NCBI RefSeq assembly: GCF_003704095.1
Contig: NW_020845583.1
Span: 62,001-126,000, forward strand
Reading direction: 5' to 3'
DNA length: 64,000 bases
Origin: Pocillopora damicornis
Taxonomy: Eukaryota
Of this stretch, positions 51,501 through 64,000 are shown piece by piece (position 1 is the stretch's first letter; every line of letters starts with the position of its first letter). The position numbers were made by a program, and so were the translations under genes. The notes under the pieces were generated by a model. The model saw only the letters and a program-made list of their open reading frames with translations, searched no databases and was not told the DNA's origin.

Positions 51501-52220
51501 TTATGCAGTATTCTATTTTGTTACAAAAGTGAGTTTCACTAGATAGTTACAATTTCTTTACAGCTGTTACCGGTCTATAGCTTTATACAGATGTTATTTC
51601 CTTCAACTTTGAATTTTTCATACTATCTGTACTATCTATAAATCCATACTGCAAGTTTAAGAGTCTTGTTTTTTTTTCTGCTCAGATTTATGGCCTGTGC
51701 ACTCTTCGCTGGGTTATACACTGTAAATCTGAGCTGAAAAAGACTCTTGAAAGTCCCTGTACCATGATGGCCACAAAACCGCATTTTAAAATCAAAATTT
51801 AAACAATAGAGAAGCAGTTTCTGGCACCCTAACCTGTCCATTTGATTTCTTTAGCTGAAAGTTTTATTTTATAATTTTCAAAACTTTTTAAACTCTTCTC
51901 TTGAATGAAAACAGAACAGCTTTTATGGGTCCAATAAGTTACCAGAACCTTTGAGAAATGGGCCTCTGGTGTGTATCTCACAGTACAGACCTTGAAGTTG
52001 GTTAGTAAGATGTATAGATTTATTAAATTACAAAACTTACTGTGGAATTCTCCTCTTCTCTTTGTTGTAGCTTGACATCCAAGATTTTGTCCCAGGTCTT
52101 TTGTATTTTGGCTACACATTTATCATGGTGTTGTCCTTCTGGTTGCTGACAGGAACAGTTGGATTTTATGCCACATACCTGTTCATCAGGCACATTTATG
52201 CAGCTGTGAAAATTGATTGA
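43018..52220 (+). CDS. TM9SF4: Transmembrane 9 superfamily member 4 (nonaspanin), multi-exon; about 70 aa (EDTxEESGWKLVHGDVFRPP...FMG) not found, probably lost in gap 48253-48352
   Basis: [14 protein letters not shown]|[16 protein letters not shown]...[13 protein letters not shown]...[22 protein letters not shown]...[11 protein letters not shown]...[12 protein letters not shown]...[16 protein letters not shown]...CAE|DYHWWWRSF...YAAVKID* (C-terminal KxD motif). Confidence 0.93.
46597..46733. mobile_element. 137-bp palindromic MITE with an 8-bp target-site duplication (hAT-like)
   Basis: GGATCAATATCAGTATCTGGG...CCCAGATACTGATATTGATCC flanked by GAGATGTT at 46589-46596 and 46734-46741. Confidence 0.8.
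48253..48352. other. Assembly gap (100 N, probably unknown size); other gaps at 18372-18387, 20139-20255, 31448-31547, 47634-47846
   Basis: Runs of N in the sequence. Confidence 0.98.
48567..48800 (-). mobile_element. 5'-truncated non-LTR retrotransposon 3' tail (poly-A on the minus strand)
   Basis: T29 at 48567-48595 followed by a low-complexity TTACA/TACTCAC-rich tract. The minus strand ends ...GTTCAATT(A)n. Confidence 0.6.
50485..50674. mobile_element. ~190-bp near-perfect hairpin MITE in a TM9SF4 intron
   Basis: AACAATTGTTTCATACATCAGC..TCATCGAGATATGAAGCAC..GGGAAGTTTGGAGAGCAC is mirrored by GTGCTCTCCAAACTTCCC..GTGCTTCATATCTCGATGA..GCTGATGTATGAACCAATTGTT. Confidence 0.85.
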
Positions 52221-54089
52221 GGTGGAGCACCATGCAAAGAACCAATTTATAGTAACACTTAAACAGCAACTAGGGGAGAGAATTGGTAGCAATGGACTAG
52301 TTTTAGTCCTATGTACATGCATACGGTGACACCATGCTTTTAAGATATCAACTGTCTCTTTTAGTAATGAACAATTTTGCTGAATTTGAATGTTCAACAT
52401 TCTTCATTGGAAATTTGTTTTGTCTAAATGTGCTGGTGGAATAATTTACTGTACACCATTTAATTTGTTGATTTCAATTAGAACATTTACCTTGTGTTTA
52501 ACGATGAGAAAATGATTTTTTAACAGAACATTCCTTTTATGTAAGTTTTCAGGCAGGATTTGCTTGAAGTAATTCTTAACAACTTATCATTCATCCTTTA
52601 AACCCTGTTACCCTTTCACTCCTAGCAGGGACCAAGATATACTTTCTCCTTACATTATCAATACAATATCAAGCAGACAAGTGATGAGAATATTGAAAAA
52701 TATCAATTGGGGGATCATCACATGATCCAATAGTAAATTCTCAGAACAAGAAGTATAAGCAATGTATGGCAGATAGTATGGAGAATGACTAAAGAGATCT
52801 TGGTCGTAAAGGGTTGAGTGACCAGCATCTAATTTCTCCTTACAGTATCACTTCTCAGTCTAACAGTAAGGTCATGAAAAAAAAGGAAATGGTTATCAAC
52901 TATGAAAGCCCTTGATTGATAAACAAATTCTCTATGTTAGTAATGCAAGAAGTGTATAGAGAACAGTATAGAGAAGATGGATATTGATGTCTTGTCAGTA
53001 CCATGAGAAAAGAGAACAGTATGGAGGATATGCATATTGATGCCAGGGTGTAAAGGGTCATGAATAATTAAAAGAGTTATTGTTATTTATCTTTGGAATG
53101 GTTTGTATCACTTAATTAGGTTGCAATAACAAAATGTTGAGCCAGATGTAAATTAAAGCTGTCTGATATGTACCAACTGTCCTTGTAACTGACCCACAGC
53201 ATTTTTGTCATCCATGCTCTGAAAATTTTCCAGCATCCACTAAATTTCCTCCCCCACCAGAACCGTTTCACTGAACTGCAATTCCTCCTGGAGAGTTGAG
53301 AGGTTAAATAAACCATCTGTTTTTTTCTTTTTTACATTTTTGGAATCATTATTTTTTAGAGACAGGATTACAGGAAAGGAATCTAGAGTAATTTTAACCA
53401 ACAGCCTTAATGAATCCTTGAAACTGTTTTGGAGTTTATCATTTACAACTCAAATGCCACTAAAAATGTAATTTACACCACATGTTAAAATTTTGTCACA
53501 AAACCTTTATTTACAATACTTTCACTCTTGTTAAACTCATAATTTTCATAAAATTATTTGACTTGAATATTAAGTTAGACCCACACTATAAGACCACGTT
53601 ACAGTTCAACCCTCTTAATTTCTTCCAAGAAACAATTTGGTGACAAGATCCCTGAAATGTATGTGTTCTACATTATTGATTTAAGTATAAATTTAAGGTA
53701 TGGTTAGTTACTGAGAAAAAATGACCAAAGACTTTCAAAATTAACATTGACTGAGGCCAGCATAGCTAGCTTTGCAGTAAATTCCATTTCCTGTTCCTAA
53801 GAAAGTATGATGAAGTTGTCATCACAGAAAGTCTAAATATCTACACTTGAAGCTAAGTCATCCAAAAGAGGGAAGGGTTTTTGGTCAGGAAAGTGCTACT
53901 TTCCATTATATTAACACATTTTTAAGTACACTTTGTTTCAAATGAAATATCTTGCAGCAAGTCAGTACAATCTCTCCCTTGAAAAAGCAAGGATAACATC
54001 TGTATAATATATTATACCAATTATCACTCCACAATAAAAAAATGTCCTAATAAATTATGAAACTAAGATGTATTGTATAGTTAGAGCCT

Positions 54090-55751
54090 CTAACTGGAGA
54101 CAGTTTGCTCATTATAATTTTTTTGTCGTTGTTCAAAGTCATCTAAAGCTTGTTTAACTTGTCTTTCTCTTGAAATCATAGCTTGTGCTTTCTCTTTCAT
54201 GTGCTGTTTGTTCTCCTGAAACCGAAAAAAAAAGACAGTTATTAAAAATGGTTGCAACCATCCATTTCTGATTTCATTGTTCCTTACATAATTGATTTTA
54301 TCCTCGTGTAAGGGTTAACTTTTCTCTTAAAAGTGAACATTAGAACTGCTAAAATTAAATAAAAAATGAGACCTCTTATTATTTTTATCCAAAATAATGG
54401 GAAATGATTAAGTCTGTAACATTGCTTATGGACTTACTTAAATTATTATTAGCTATGGTTTGTTTTTGTGCAATAGATTATGTAATTTACAATGCTTCAA
54501 AACATCTGCTAATCCTACTGAATTAACTTTTGAGAGAAAAATGAAGGATATTTTTTCAGTTATACTAACTAACAGAGATCCCTTTAGACAAGTCAGGGTG
54601 AGCAATTTGCTATGCCAAGTGATAATTGGAGAAATCTATTTTGCCTAGTTCTTATTATCTTAACATCAAATAACAATTTCATCGTTGTTTTTATGACCCA
54701 ACCGTTTTAAAATATTGTTAAAATAAAACGCACTCTTACCCTTCTTCTTTCCTCAGCATGTTTAAGCTTTTCTTCTATTTCTTCTTTGGTTCTCCGAGCT
54801 CCTTTCTTCTTCCGTCTTTCCAATGATCTCAGATGTTGAGGCCTTCTTTTCACGTTACCAGTTTCAGGGACCAACATGATATCAAACGCCATTCCTCCCC
54901 TGCTCTGAGGTCTTTCTGTCACTCCGCCAAGAGGCGATAAAGCATTTATTCTATTCCTAACTTCTTCCTGTTTTTCTGAAAAGGAAACTCGTTTCTCTTT
55001 CAAACTCTTCCTTCTCGTAACTTGAGTACCTTCGATGCAGAGCTCTAGAAAAAAATTAAAAATGAAGTTTACAATGTATACTCTTAACAAAACTCAGTGT
55101 AGGAATCACTCAAGAGTAACGAAGAATTAATTTAACCGGCAGTCGTCAAAATAAATAAAGACTATTAATTAAATGCATATTAACCCGAACGTGACACTGT
55201 TTTGCTTCGCTTGGACGCTTGGAAACAAAGCGAGCAACCCTTGCGCAAGCTTTGATCCACCTTCATGCGACTCAGTGCACGTTCTTTTACGGGACGCGCG
55301 GCACGCTCACGAAAAAATCACAGCTGCTCTACGAATTGAATTTTGAAAAATAACATCTTGTATTTTCGTTTGAGAATTCAAATGTACACCAACCTGGTGT
55401 CGGAGGCCTATCGTCTATCAGTGCTCTCTTCTGTTTGTCCAGTGTGGATTTTTCTGTCACAATATTTTCGTCGTCTTCTAGTTCACCTAAACCACTGTCC
55501 ATAGTTCTTGTAGATTTTGCCGAGCTTTCCCGATTTGATCTTTCAGAATCAGAGTTGGAATTCAAACTACTTTGGCTTCCATTTAAACTGTCGACATTGG
55601 ACTGTTTCACTTGAATTGTTGTCGAAGTTTTTCTTTCTGTCGTAGCTGTATTTTCTTGTCTATCTTCTTCGGGTGATGATTTTAAGTTTTCTTTCAGTTC
55701 TGTTGGCATTGGGACCACAACTTTGGACGTTTTTGAAGCAGAGCATCCCAT
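54090..55751 (-). CDS. Stathmin-domain protein (STMND1-like), 3 exons (55751-55394, 55044-54740, 54215-54090), 262 aa
   Basis: N-terminal MGCSASK acylation motif; GGMAFDIML...TKEEIEEKLKHAEERRR parallels stathmin GQAFELIL...SLEEIQKKLEAAEERRK; splice phases match. Confidence 0.8.
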
Positions 55752-56039
55752 ATTTGATCAAGCACTGCAATGCAACAAGAGGTTCCGTGTCAAATATACC
55801 CTTGAAGAAATCTTTCCGTGTTCACTTGTGAGTGAAATTGCGAACAGGCACGAAATGTGAAACGTAGTAATCGTATAACGAAAAAGTAGAGTTCTCTTTA
55901 CCTGTTTAAGGTGCAGAAGAAGGACAGAGAATTGAAGAATCAAATAACAAGGAGGAACCACCGATGAGCTACAGTATTCTCAGAGAGGATGGTTGTGTTA
56001 ATTGGATTTGCGTTACAGTAGCTCGATTTATGCACGAAG

Positions 56040-56170
56040 CTGGTTGCTAGAGGAAAATAAGGTATCGTCATGGAAACGTTTACAAGTTTTCTTGTTGCTA
56101 TGGAACTTTGTGCTGCTGAGTTATAATCGTGGGCTCAACCATATCGGGCTTTTCTAATAATGACGTCATC
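56040..56170. promoter_or_regulatory. Divergent promoter with RFX X-box-like sites and a full CRE
   Basis: ATCGTCATGGAAAC (56064-56077), GTTGCTATGGAAC (56094-56106), TGACGTCA (56161-56168); probable non-coding syntaxin exon 1 donor near 56282. Confidence 0.55.
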
Positions 56171-56978
56171 GATACTTTAAGAAACCGCTGACAGTTAGCG
56201 GGGTTGAGTTATTTCGAGAAATTCGCTAGTCATATGCGAGGTGATCCAATACGAAAAGTGAGCAAATTTGAGAACTTTTAGGTAAGAAATCCGACTTTGA
56301 TTAGTACAACAACAACATGAGTTATCTTGCTTCCCTTGGTTGGTAATTTAGTGGGTTTACATGGTATATTTTGCATCTCTTGTCCTTAAGATTTGTTGGT
56401 TCAGTTCGCGAACGGCCTTATCCAATTGCGTTAGTTGAAAGCGCAATTGATTTCGGCTGAAGCAATTTACATTTTTAGGCTGAACTTTATACAATTTACA
56501 ATATATCAATAACTTATTGAAAAACTGAGAAAAGTTACATTTGGCGTTGAAAGCATATTTATGATAAATAGATTACGCCAGAAACATCTCTAATAATAAG
56601 ACTTAAATCAGACTAATTAAGAAAGAGCAGAAGACTTTCATTATCCGTTTGAAGAAGTTTTTACACAGATTTAACAAAGTGAATTATATATGTTCTTGAA
56701 ATTAAGATGTAGAGTTGAAAGTAGCTGTTAACTTAGGAAGTTTTCTTATGGCGTCTTAAAACTTGAACGCGTTCATATTTGCTGAGCTGTTTTGTACTGA
56801 ATGATATGTTTGGACGTGGAAAATTTATTTTGTTAAATTGAGAAATTAACTTACATTTTATGGTATTCTAATCCTTTATAATGACACATCCATTAACCTT
56901 AAGGTTTTCAGTCCTGACTTTGGGTTTTAATTTCTCATCTCTATTATTGTAGCCTCATTGCAAAGGGAAATAAGCACC

Positions 56979-59900
56979 ATGTCCTTCGGTGAATATACTT
57001 CAAACTCCAGCACAGGTGATCAGGATTAGAACTGCTTGTCTGCTTTACCTTCAGCCTGTATTTTAATCCCAGATTGATTTCTGATTGTTGCATACTATTC
57101 TGTACTCAGAGCCTAGTACACCTAAGTAGTGATTATGGTTGATTTTTTACTAAGTACAATATTAAATGACTTTTGAATGCAGAACTTTCTTTTGAATCTT
57201 GTTGTTGTACATATGTTACAGGGATTATGTCACACTTGATTCTGGAGGGGTGTAGAATGCTCTCCTTTTGAAATTTATAATTAGAAACAATTTATTTGGT
57301 GTGATCTTAATTGTGTTTTTGGAAAATTTATGATATTATGTATGATTTCAGTTGTATATTTTGTTTGAAGGATCAAAGGGTGGCTCCACAGAGTATAACA
57401 GACTCTGTAGCTGCGTTAGTAATAATATTCAAGCAATCAACAAAAATGGTATGTTAACCCTTTAACTCCCAAGATCTGATTGTCAATTCTCCCCTTCAGC
57501 TACTACACATTTTCTTGTAAATTGATAACAAGAATTAGGTTTTCAATCAAGGTAATAAATTGTACCTGGTGAGTTTGAGTATTCTCACTTCCTGTTTGCT
57601 GTGTAATATATGAATACTTTAAAGAGAAGTTACATGGTAATCACCTCTGGGGGGTTAACCCTTAAACTCCCATGAGTGACCAAGACAGAATTTCTCCTTA
57701 CAATATCACTATAATATCAACTAGATAAGTGTTGAGAAAAAGAAATATATCAATTTAGGGATGATTAGTTGATCCAATACTAAATCCTCTGAATTAACAT
57801 TGTAAAAACTGTTTGGTTGACAGTAAGGAGAATTACAAATTTGGTCTGGAGGGTTAAGTTGAAATTGTGGTAATATAATAAGTAGACTTGTTGAAGGATC
57901 CACTTGAGTCTGGCCTTCAAGTGTGTTACAAACTTTCTTAAAAATATCAAATTTAACTGAATGGAAAAAATACAATTCCTGATGGAGTCTAAGGATTAAG
58001 CAAAAAAACAGAATTGAATTAGACATTGATGTTACATAGCTTCATTTCTTTATACCAGTTAGAGAAGCACATGGTAAGATTATAACACCTTCATGCTTGA
58101 TTACTAATGCACTTTGCCTGTTGTTAAGGCAAACTCAGTTTATGTTATGTGTTGTCATCTAAAAACTCATCCAAATTCACAACCAATGTTACATCCATAT
58201 ATCTAAAAAGTAATCAAAATGTTGCATATGTCGACATATGTTTTAGAGAATTCTGTGACCTCACATACAGCAGTGAAACATAGACACACATTTACCACTG
58301 TGTGTCTTGAACTCAAGGAATTTATAGCTTGTATGGTATTTCTCTTCCTGGGACACATAATTTATTCTGTTTTTTTCTTGGTGTCAATCCACAGTCACTA
58401 CAATTCAGAAGCTTGTGGACAAGCTTGGAACTTCAGAGGATAAATCACAGTTGCAGAGCAGACTGTAAGTTAAGATATGATTGATAATTCTCCTCTCTAG
58501 GTACTACACATTTCTCTGATAATTAGTTACAAGAACTTGATGTTAGATCAAGACAGCAACTTCTTCCTGAAAAGTTTGAGTATTGTTGTTACCTGTTGGT
58601 GAATAATGTATGGATATTGTAGGGAGAAGTTATATGTTGATCACTTTTAGGTTAAAGGGTTAACACAGTCACAGTTACTCTCCTCAGATTATTGTCGATT
58701 GATAGTGCCAACTCTTGTTATGAGTTTCAATTTTTTTTTTATTTTAGACAACAAACAGAACAAGCCACTCAAAAACTTGCCAAGGAAACTCACTCTTACT
58801 TGAAGCAGCTTCCACATCTGTTTGGAGAATCACCACCTGAAAGAGTATGTATTTTAGGCTCAACTTTTTCTGCAGTAACTTAAGACCCAATTTTTCTGGC
58901 CTATAAAATTGTATTCAACCATATTTGATATGGTTATTTATATTTGGTCCCTGTAGCAGTCTTTAGAAGGCAATCCATGGAGGAGGTAAAACATAATCAT
59001 ACTCTAAAAAAAAAAAAGACCCTGAAAGGTATCTGTAACATTCTGATAATAGTGGAGCTTGCAGAGCTTAGCCCCATAATTATACAAAATAGTAGTTACC
59101 CATCAAGCCGAAAAAATTTGGATGTATGACTGTATGACTGTACGACCGTACGACCATACAAGATGCTACTTTTAACATGCATGGTCAACTGTACTGCAGG
59201 CACACCAATGCCACGGCTTTGTTCAGTAGTCCAGTGGTCAGTGCACTAAATATTGCCAGATAAATATTACCATTATTTGTAGCCCATTGCATGAGAAAAA
59301 CCATAGACATTGCAGTTTTCTGATAAACCTCTAACCAGAGGATTTTTTTTTCTTATTGTAGCGTCAAAGGAAAATACAAGTAGAGAAGTTAGCAGACAAC
59401 TTCTCAACAGCTTTGAACACTTTTCAGCAACTTCAGAGGGTAAATTAATTTTTGAGTCTTAATGGAAAAATTATTTTTGATTTTTCTCTATGATCTAATT
59501 GAGGACATATTTGTGCATGATTGTGTGGATTGAACGCAGCACTAATTGTCAGTTATCATCCTTCTTTGGGTAAACAGAGTGCAGCAGAAAAGGAGAGAGA
59601 ATCTGTTTCACGTGCAAGGTCAATGTCTGCAGCAATGCCAACCCCAAGTGTAAGTGTGCTCTGAAAATGTTGTCAGGTATTTTTTTTTTTTCAATGAATG
59701 GATTAATATTTAATATGTAATGGGTAATGAAGTGGTCCTTGCAAATTTTTCAAAGAATTAATTTTTTACACAAATGTCTATGTCACTTTAAGTTCAGACT
59801 AAATTCTTGAAGTGATGAAACTGTTGTTACATGATCTTTGAACACAGGTGACCAAATTAGCAAGTTTTGTTGCAAATTAAGACATGCAAAATTCTTTCTA

Positions 59901-60184
59901 CGTATCATCATGGCAACCCAATTATATAATTGCAGCCAAGAGGGCTTTGCTATTGTGATTAACAATATTGTTTGATAATTTCTTTTCCAATAGCCAATGG
60001 GTGGATATAATGATGAGCATAGCTCAACTTCAAATGACAGGTAGGTGGCTTAATTTCCTTCTGTTATTAAAGGGTAATGTCCTCTTGAGTGTTGAAAGGG
60101 ATCCAGGAGTGCATCAATTTTGTGCCTGCCTTTCAGCCAATCGGATGCAAACATATTTAATCAATACTGTTTTTTATTTGAATT

Positions 60185-60217
<33 letters not shown>

Positions 60218-62031
60218 TCATCAGTGGGAGAGTATAATGGGTAATTTAGCGTTGACAACTGAGTTGAAAATGTAAATTAACCACCGTCGAGCGTCAGCCC
60301 TTCGTCAGAGCAATAGACCGAGGGCTAACACTTGAAACATCAGCCTTTAATGGTGGTCAATTTACGTTTTCAACTCAGTTGTTAACACTAAATTACCTTT
60401 TTTTAATTTTTCTCTTTCTGAAGACTTAATCTCTCTTTGGTAAATATCTTTTAGAGCTGGCAGTGGATTCCAGGTACAAGCAGAAGAAGAGGTCTCTGTG
60501 GAATTGATAGAGGAAAGGGAAAGAGCCATTAGACAACTGGAGGTAATGTCACATGGGCCTTAACCCTTTAAATCCCAGGAGTGACCAAGACATTTTGTCT
60601 TTAAAAAAACACAATGACAAGAAGACAAGTGATAAGAATAAAGATAAATATCATTTGGGTAATTGTTAGTTGATCCAATACCAAATTCTTCGAAATAACA
60701 TCATAAGAACTGTATTACAGACAGTATGAAGAATTTCCTTTGAGATCTGGGAGTGGAAGGGTTTAAATTTGTTGAAGAAAGGCTTATCTTTGAACATGCA
60801 GCATTTCTGTATCAATGTTGCAAAGTAGATCTTAGTAGCATGTTCCCAAGTGCTTAAGAATACGTACATGTAATAACCAGTGGTAGAATGGTACATGTTG
60901 GAGACCAGACTGAGTATAGAGTATAGTAAGGATTAAGAGAGGTTTTGAAAGAGTGAGGTTTTACAAGTCATTTACATGTAGTTTATAGCGCCATCTCTGC
61001 AATCATGTAGTTTAATCAATTGTTTGTGTCTTGTATATAGGCTGATATTGTTGGTGTCAATGAAATCTTCAGGGATCTTGCCACCATGGTGTATGAGCAG
61101 GGTGACATGATTGGTAAAACAATTCAATTTTACATATAAACCATTTTCTTTAAGGTCCTTAGTTTTCCATTAACTCTCCAATTGCCCTATCTCTATTTGA
61201 CTTACAGATAGCATTGAGGCAAATGTAGACACTGCTGCAGTCCATGTTGAAGACGCCAATGTCCAGTTACAGAAAGCTAGTCACTATCAGGTGTGCACAA
61301 CAATTATTTTCACTGTAACTGGTTGTAATGTTGCAATCTGATTGGCCTATTTGCTTTAAGAGTATAGACTTGCATCAGTGTGTCAGGCAATGGTCATGGG
61401 CAGAAAGAATCATTTTATTCGATGTTGATATTGTGGTTAAAAAAAAAAAAAAAAATTGACAGTAGATTGCAGACTCACAAAGCTGTGTCTCTGAGTCCAC
61501 AACAGTTTGACTACTGTGATGACAAATATTGTTGTGGATGAGAGTACAGGCCTTGCTAAACCACTGTGATTTGTTAATTTGGTAACTTTGAAATCATAGT
61601 TACTGTTTTATTGGATTTTTTTTTTTGTCATCTCATTGATTGTAAACAGTATTAGACAGAGTAAAAAAGTTTAGTCTGCTTTTTTTGGAAAATTGCAACA
61701 ATGGGAGTTTGGAACCTAGAGTTTAGGATTCCAGATAAAGATGTTATGGTTTGAGAACTGGCAGGGTCATAGTGTCAAAATAGGGATTAACTCCAACAGC
61801 TATGAGCCAATTAGGGTCAAAGACTAAACTGCTTTTAAGTGGATGCTTTGCTGAGATCAAAGGGCACAAAAAGTACTTTAAACTTGGAAATAATGAATGA
61901 AGTTATTGTTAAACAATTTTTCTTTGCAGAAAGCGGCAAGAAAGAAGATGTGCTGTATCCTAGTTATTTTGGTTGTTGTTGCAGGTGCCTTGGGTCTTAT
62001 CATTTGGTTGTCAGTAAGAAATAGCAAATGA
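56979..62031 (+). CDS. STX7: Endosomal Qa-SNARE, syntaxin-7/12 family, 11 coding exons
   Basis: MSFGEY...VSNNIQAINKN...LGTSED...QKLAKETHSYLK...RQRKIQVEKLADNFSTALNTFQQLQR|SAAEKERES...[42 protein letters not shown]...LQKASHYQ|KAARKKMCC plus C-terminal TM. STX7 and STX12 cannot be separated here. Confidence 0.9.
57454..57857. mobile_element. Two different piggyBac-type MITEs in tandem sharing one TTAA (57655-57658)
   Basis: TTAACCCTTTAACTCCCAAG...GGGG-TTAA-CCCTTAAACTCCCATGAG...GAGGG-TTAA. Confidence 0.75.
60190..60398. mobile_element. Palindromic repeat containing two decayed, inverted hammerhead-like motifs
   Basis: Arms GGTAATTTAGCGTTGACAACTGAGTTGAAAATGTAAATT / AATTTACGTTTTCAACTCAGTTGTTAACACTAAATTACC; hammerhead-like remnants in the centre on both strands. 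Confidence 0.65.
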
Positions 62032-64000
62032 GGTGGATTTAAGCTTAAAAGCTAAGTTTTCAAAAGAAAGAAACCATTTAGCTCTATAGAACATTACTAT
62101 TGGCAAAAAATAGGAGTTGGATTAGTGTAGGACAATACATGAACACTAGTGCATCTCATGATTCATAAGCACAATGTTGTCTATGGAATTACAAGCACAC
62201 GCACTCTCATCTATGCTATTTCTGTTGTCTAATTTCATTAACCAGTGATGATATTATGAATTGATTACCAGGGATGACCACTTCATATTTAGTACTTGGT
62301 GAAAAATTTAGTATCAGTTGTTGTCTGAAGTTAATTGTTCTGTCAAACTGTCCCAAATGTATATTGTGTTCTAGCAATATTGTGAGTACAATTAAGTTGT
62401 GTATTCATGGTTTTCTGAGTTCCACAGTGGTCATTTTTACAGGCCATTGCTCCTCTTCATTTAATGATTGCCTCTGTAATGGTTTTCCTTTGTATAATAC
62501 TACTTAAAAATAATGTTTAGATCTCTTAACTTTAGATGGCAACTGATCAATAAAGATTCAACTTCTTCATTACCACTCGAAGATAGATTAGCCAGAAATT
62601 TACAGAGTTAGGTTTGAAATATGGATTACAGTTACACTGTACCCATAATGTAGACATAACTGGTATGAAATCTTCATATCAAAATGTCTCCCAAGGTCTT
62701 TTTCCTTTCAAACACTCAAATTATACTACACATTGGTGTTAACATTTTAAAAAAGATGCAATTTATTTAGCAGTGCATAATTTGTAATTTTATGAAATAA
62801 TTTTGCCAAAGACATTGGGTTTACTCATTGATAGAGAAATAAGAAATATTAACAAAAAGGTTTTTGTGGGTAGATCAAACTAAGGACTTCTGTAGTGTTC
62901 TTATACTTTTATAATGACAATAAGACAGTACTATACAATCCTTTGTTTCCCTTTAGCAGAGTTCAAGTATATATATATATATATAGTGACATTAACCATA
63001 GAAAAATTCTCTGTTTAGTATGGCCTAGAGAGGGAGTTGTAATTAGGTTTTTTTATTAGACAATGAAATGAATGGATCCTGTAAAACCAACCCAAAGGTT
63101 GTCTGCTTTTGTTTCCTACTTTCCAGATATAATTGCACTTCAATCAAGTATTTTTCCAAATGTTCTTTATCTGAAAAAATTGTGTTAACTTTTTAGTGTA
63201 ACAAACCATCCACCTAAGTTTCTGACTCAAGTCTTAATCTGCACTGATTAACCCATAAATGAGGCAATTGTTTTTGTACCTTGGTGTGTTGTTAATGGAA
63301 AGCTTTGATTGGGATGTTAACCAAGCTTGAATTAGCCATATGTAGGTTGTTGGTGGTTGGTAAAGATTAAATTCTTGTTATAATGTACATAATCAATATA
63401 TGTTTTTTTACGAAAACTAAGTGTACACTTTTAACTCTGTTTTGTCAAGTTCTGATAGAATTGTGACCCAATCACTTGAATTGAGCAGGGTCATTGTTTG
63501 TTCATCTTGAACCATTCATCCTGAACTTCCTTAGGTTGCAAGCTCTTTCAATTCTTATCTAACACTTGATATGGTTGATGAGGGAGATTTTTGTTACATA
63601 GAAATTAATAAATAAACTTAGCAGCCTTCTAAATGTAGTGGTTGTTGGAAATGGGTTGATAGAAACTTACTCCATCTCCTGTTTCATTTTTACAGAGATT
63701 CCTACCAATTTTTCTTGTTTTTACCCTAAAGGATGATCGCTATCAATATGACTTATTTTAACCCCATCTTGTGAAGTTAACATTTTACAATCAATATCAG
63801 TAATTCTGCAAAGGCAACAAAGGTGAATTATCTCTTATTGGAAACTTCTATATTTAGGCAGAACCTGGGAGTCAGGATGAAATTGGTCCCAAATGATTTG
63901 CAGTTGTGTTATATGCCAATGACCACTGGCTAACAAATACCTCTCTTCAAAAGGGCGCTTTGTTTTAACCTTGATATACTGGTTGGAACGTAAATCATTG

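Overview
AT-rich, intron-rich animal genomic DNA with five N-gaps. The repeat families and gene style suggest a cnidarian, probably a scleractinian coral (inference, not tested). Most real genes are split into short exons and are invisible or fragmentary in the ORF track; I rebuilt them by hand from GT-AG junctions. In order: an intronless disordered orphan ORF (-), an intronless class A GPCR (-), an 8-exon urease accessory protein UreF gene (+, absent from the ORF track), a 2-exon FAM167-like gene (-), a PLAC8/cornifelin gene (-), SLC35B3 (-), NAE1 (-) head-to-head with TM9SF4 (+), and a stathmin-domain gene (-) head-to-head with syntaxin-7/12 (+). Introns and intergenic DNA carry piggyBac-type (TTAA) MITEs, palindromic MITEs, palindromes with tRNA-like cores, relics of minimal hammerhead ribozymes and a truncated LINE tail. 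The most notable item is a spliced, apparently host-encoded animal ureF, which implies a nickel-urease maturation system in this animal. No CRISPR, rRNA or intact tRNA gene was seen.
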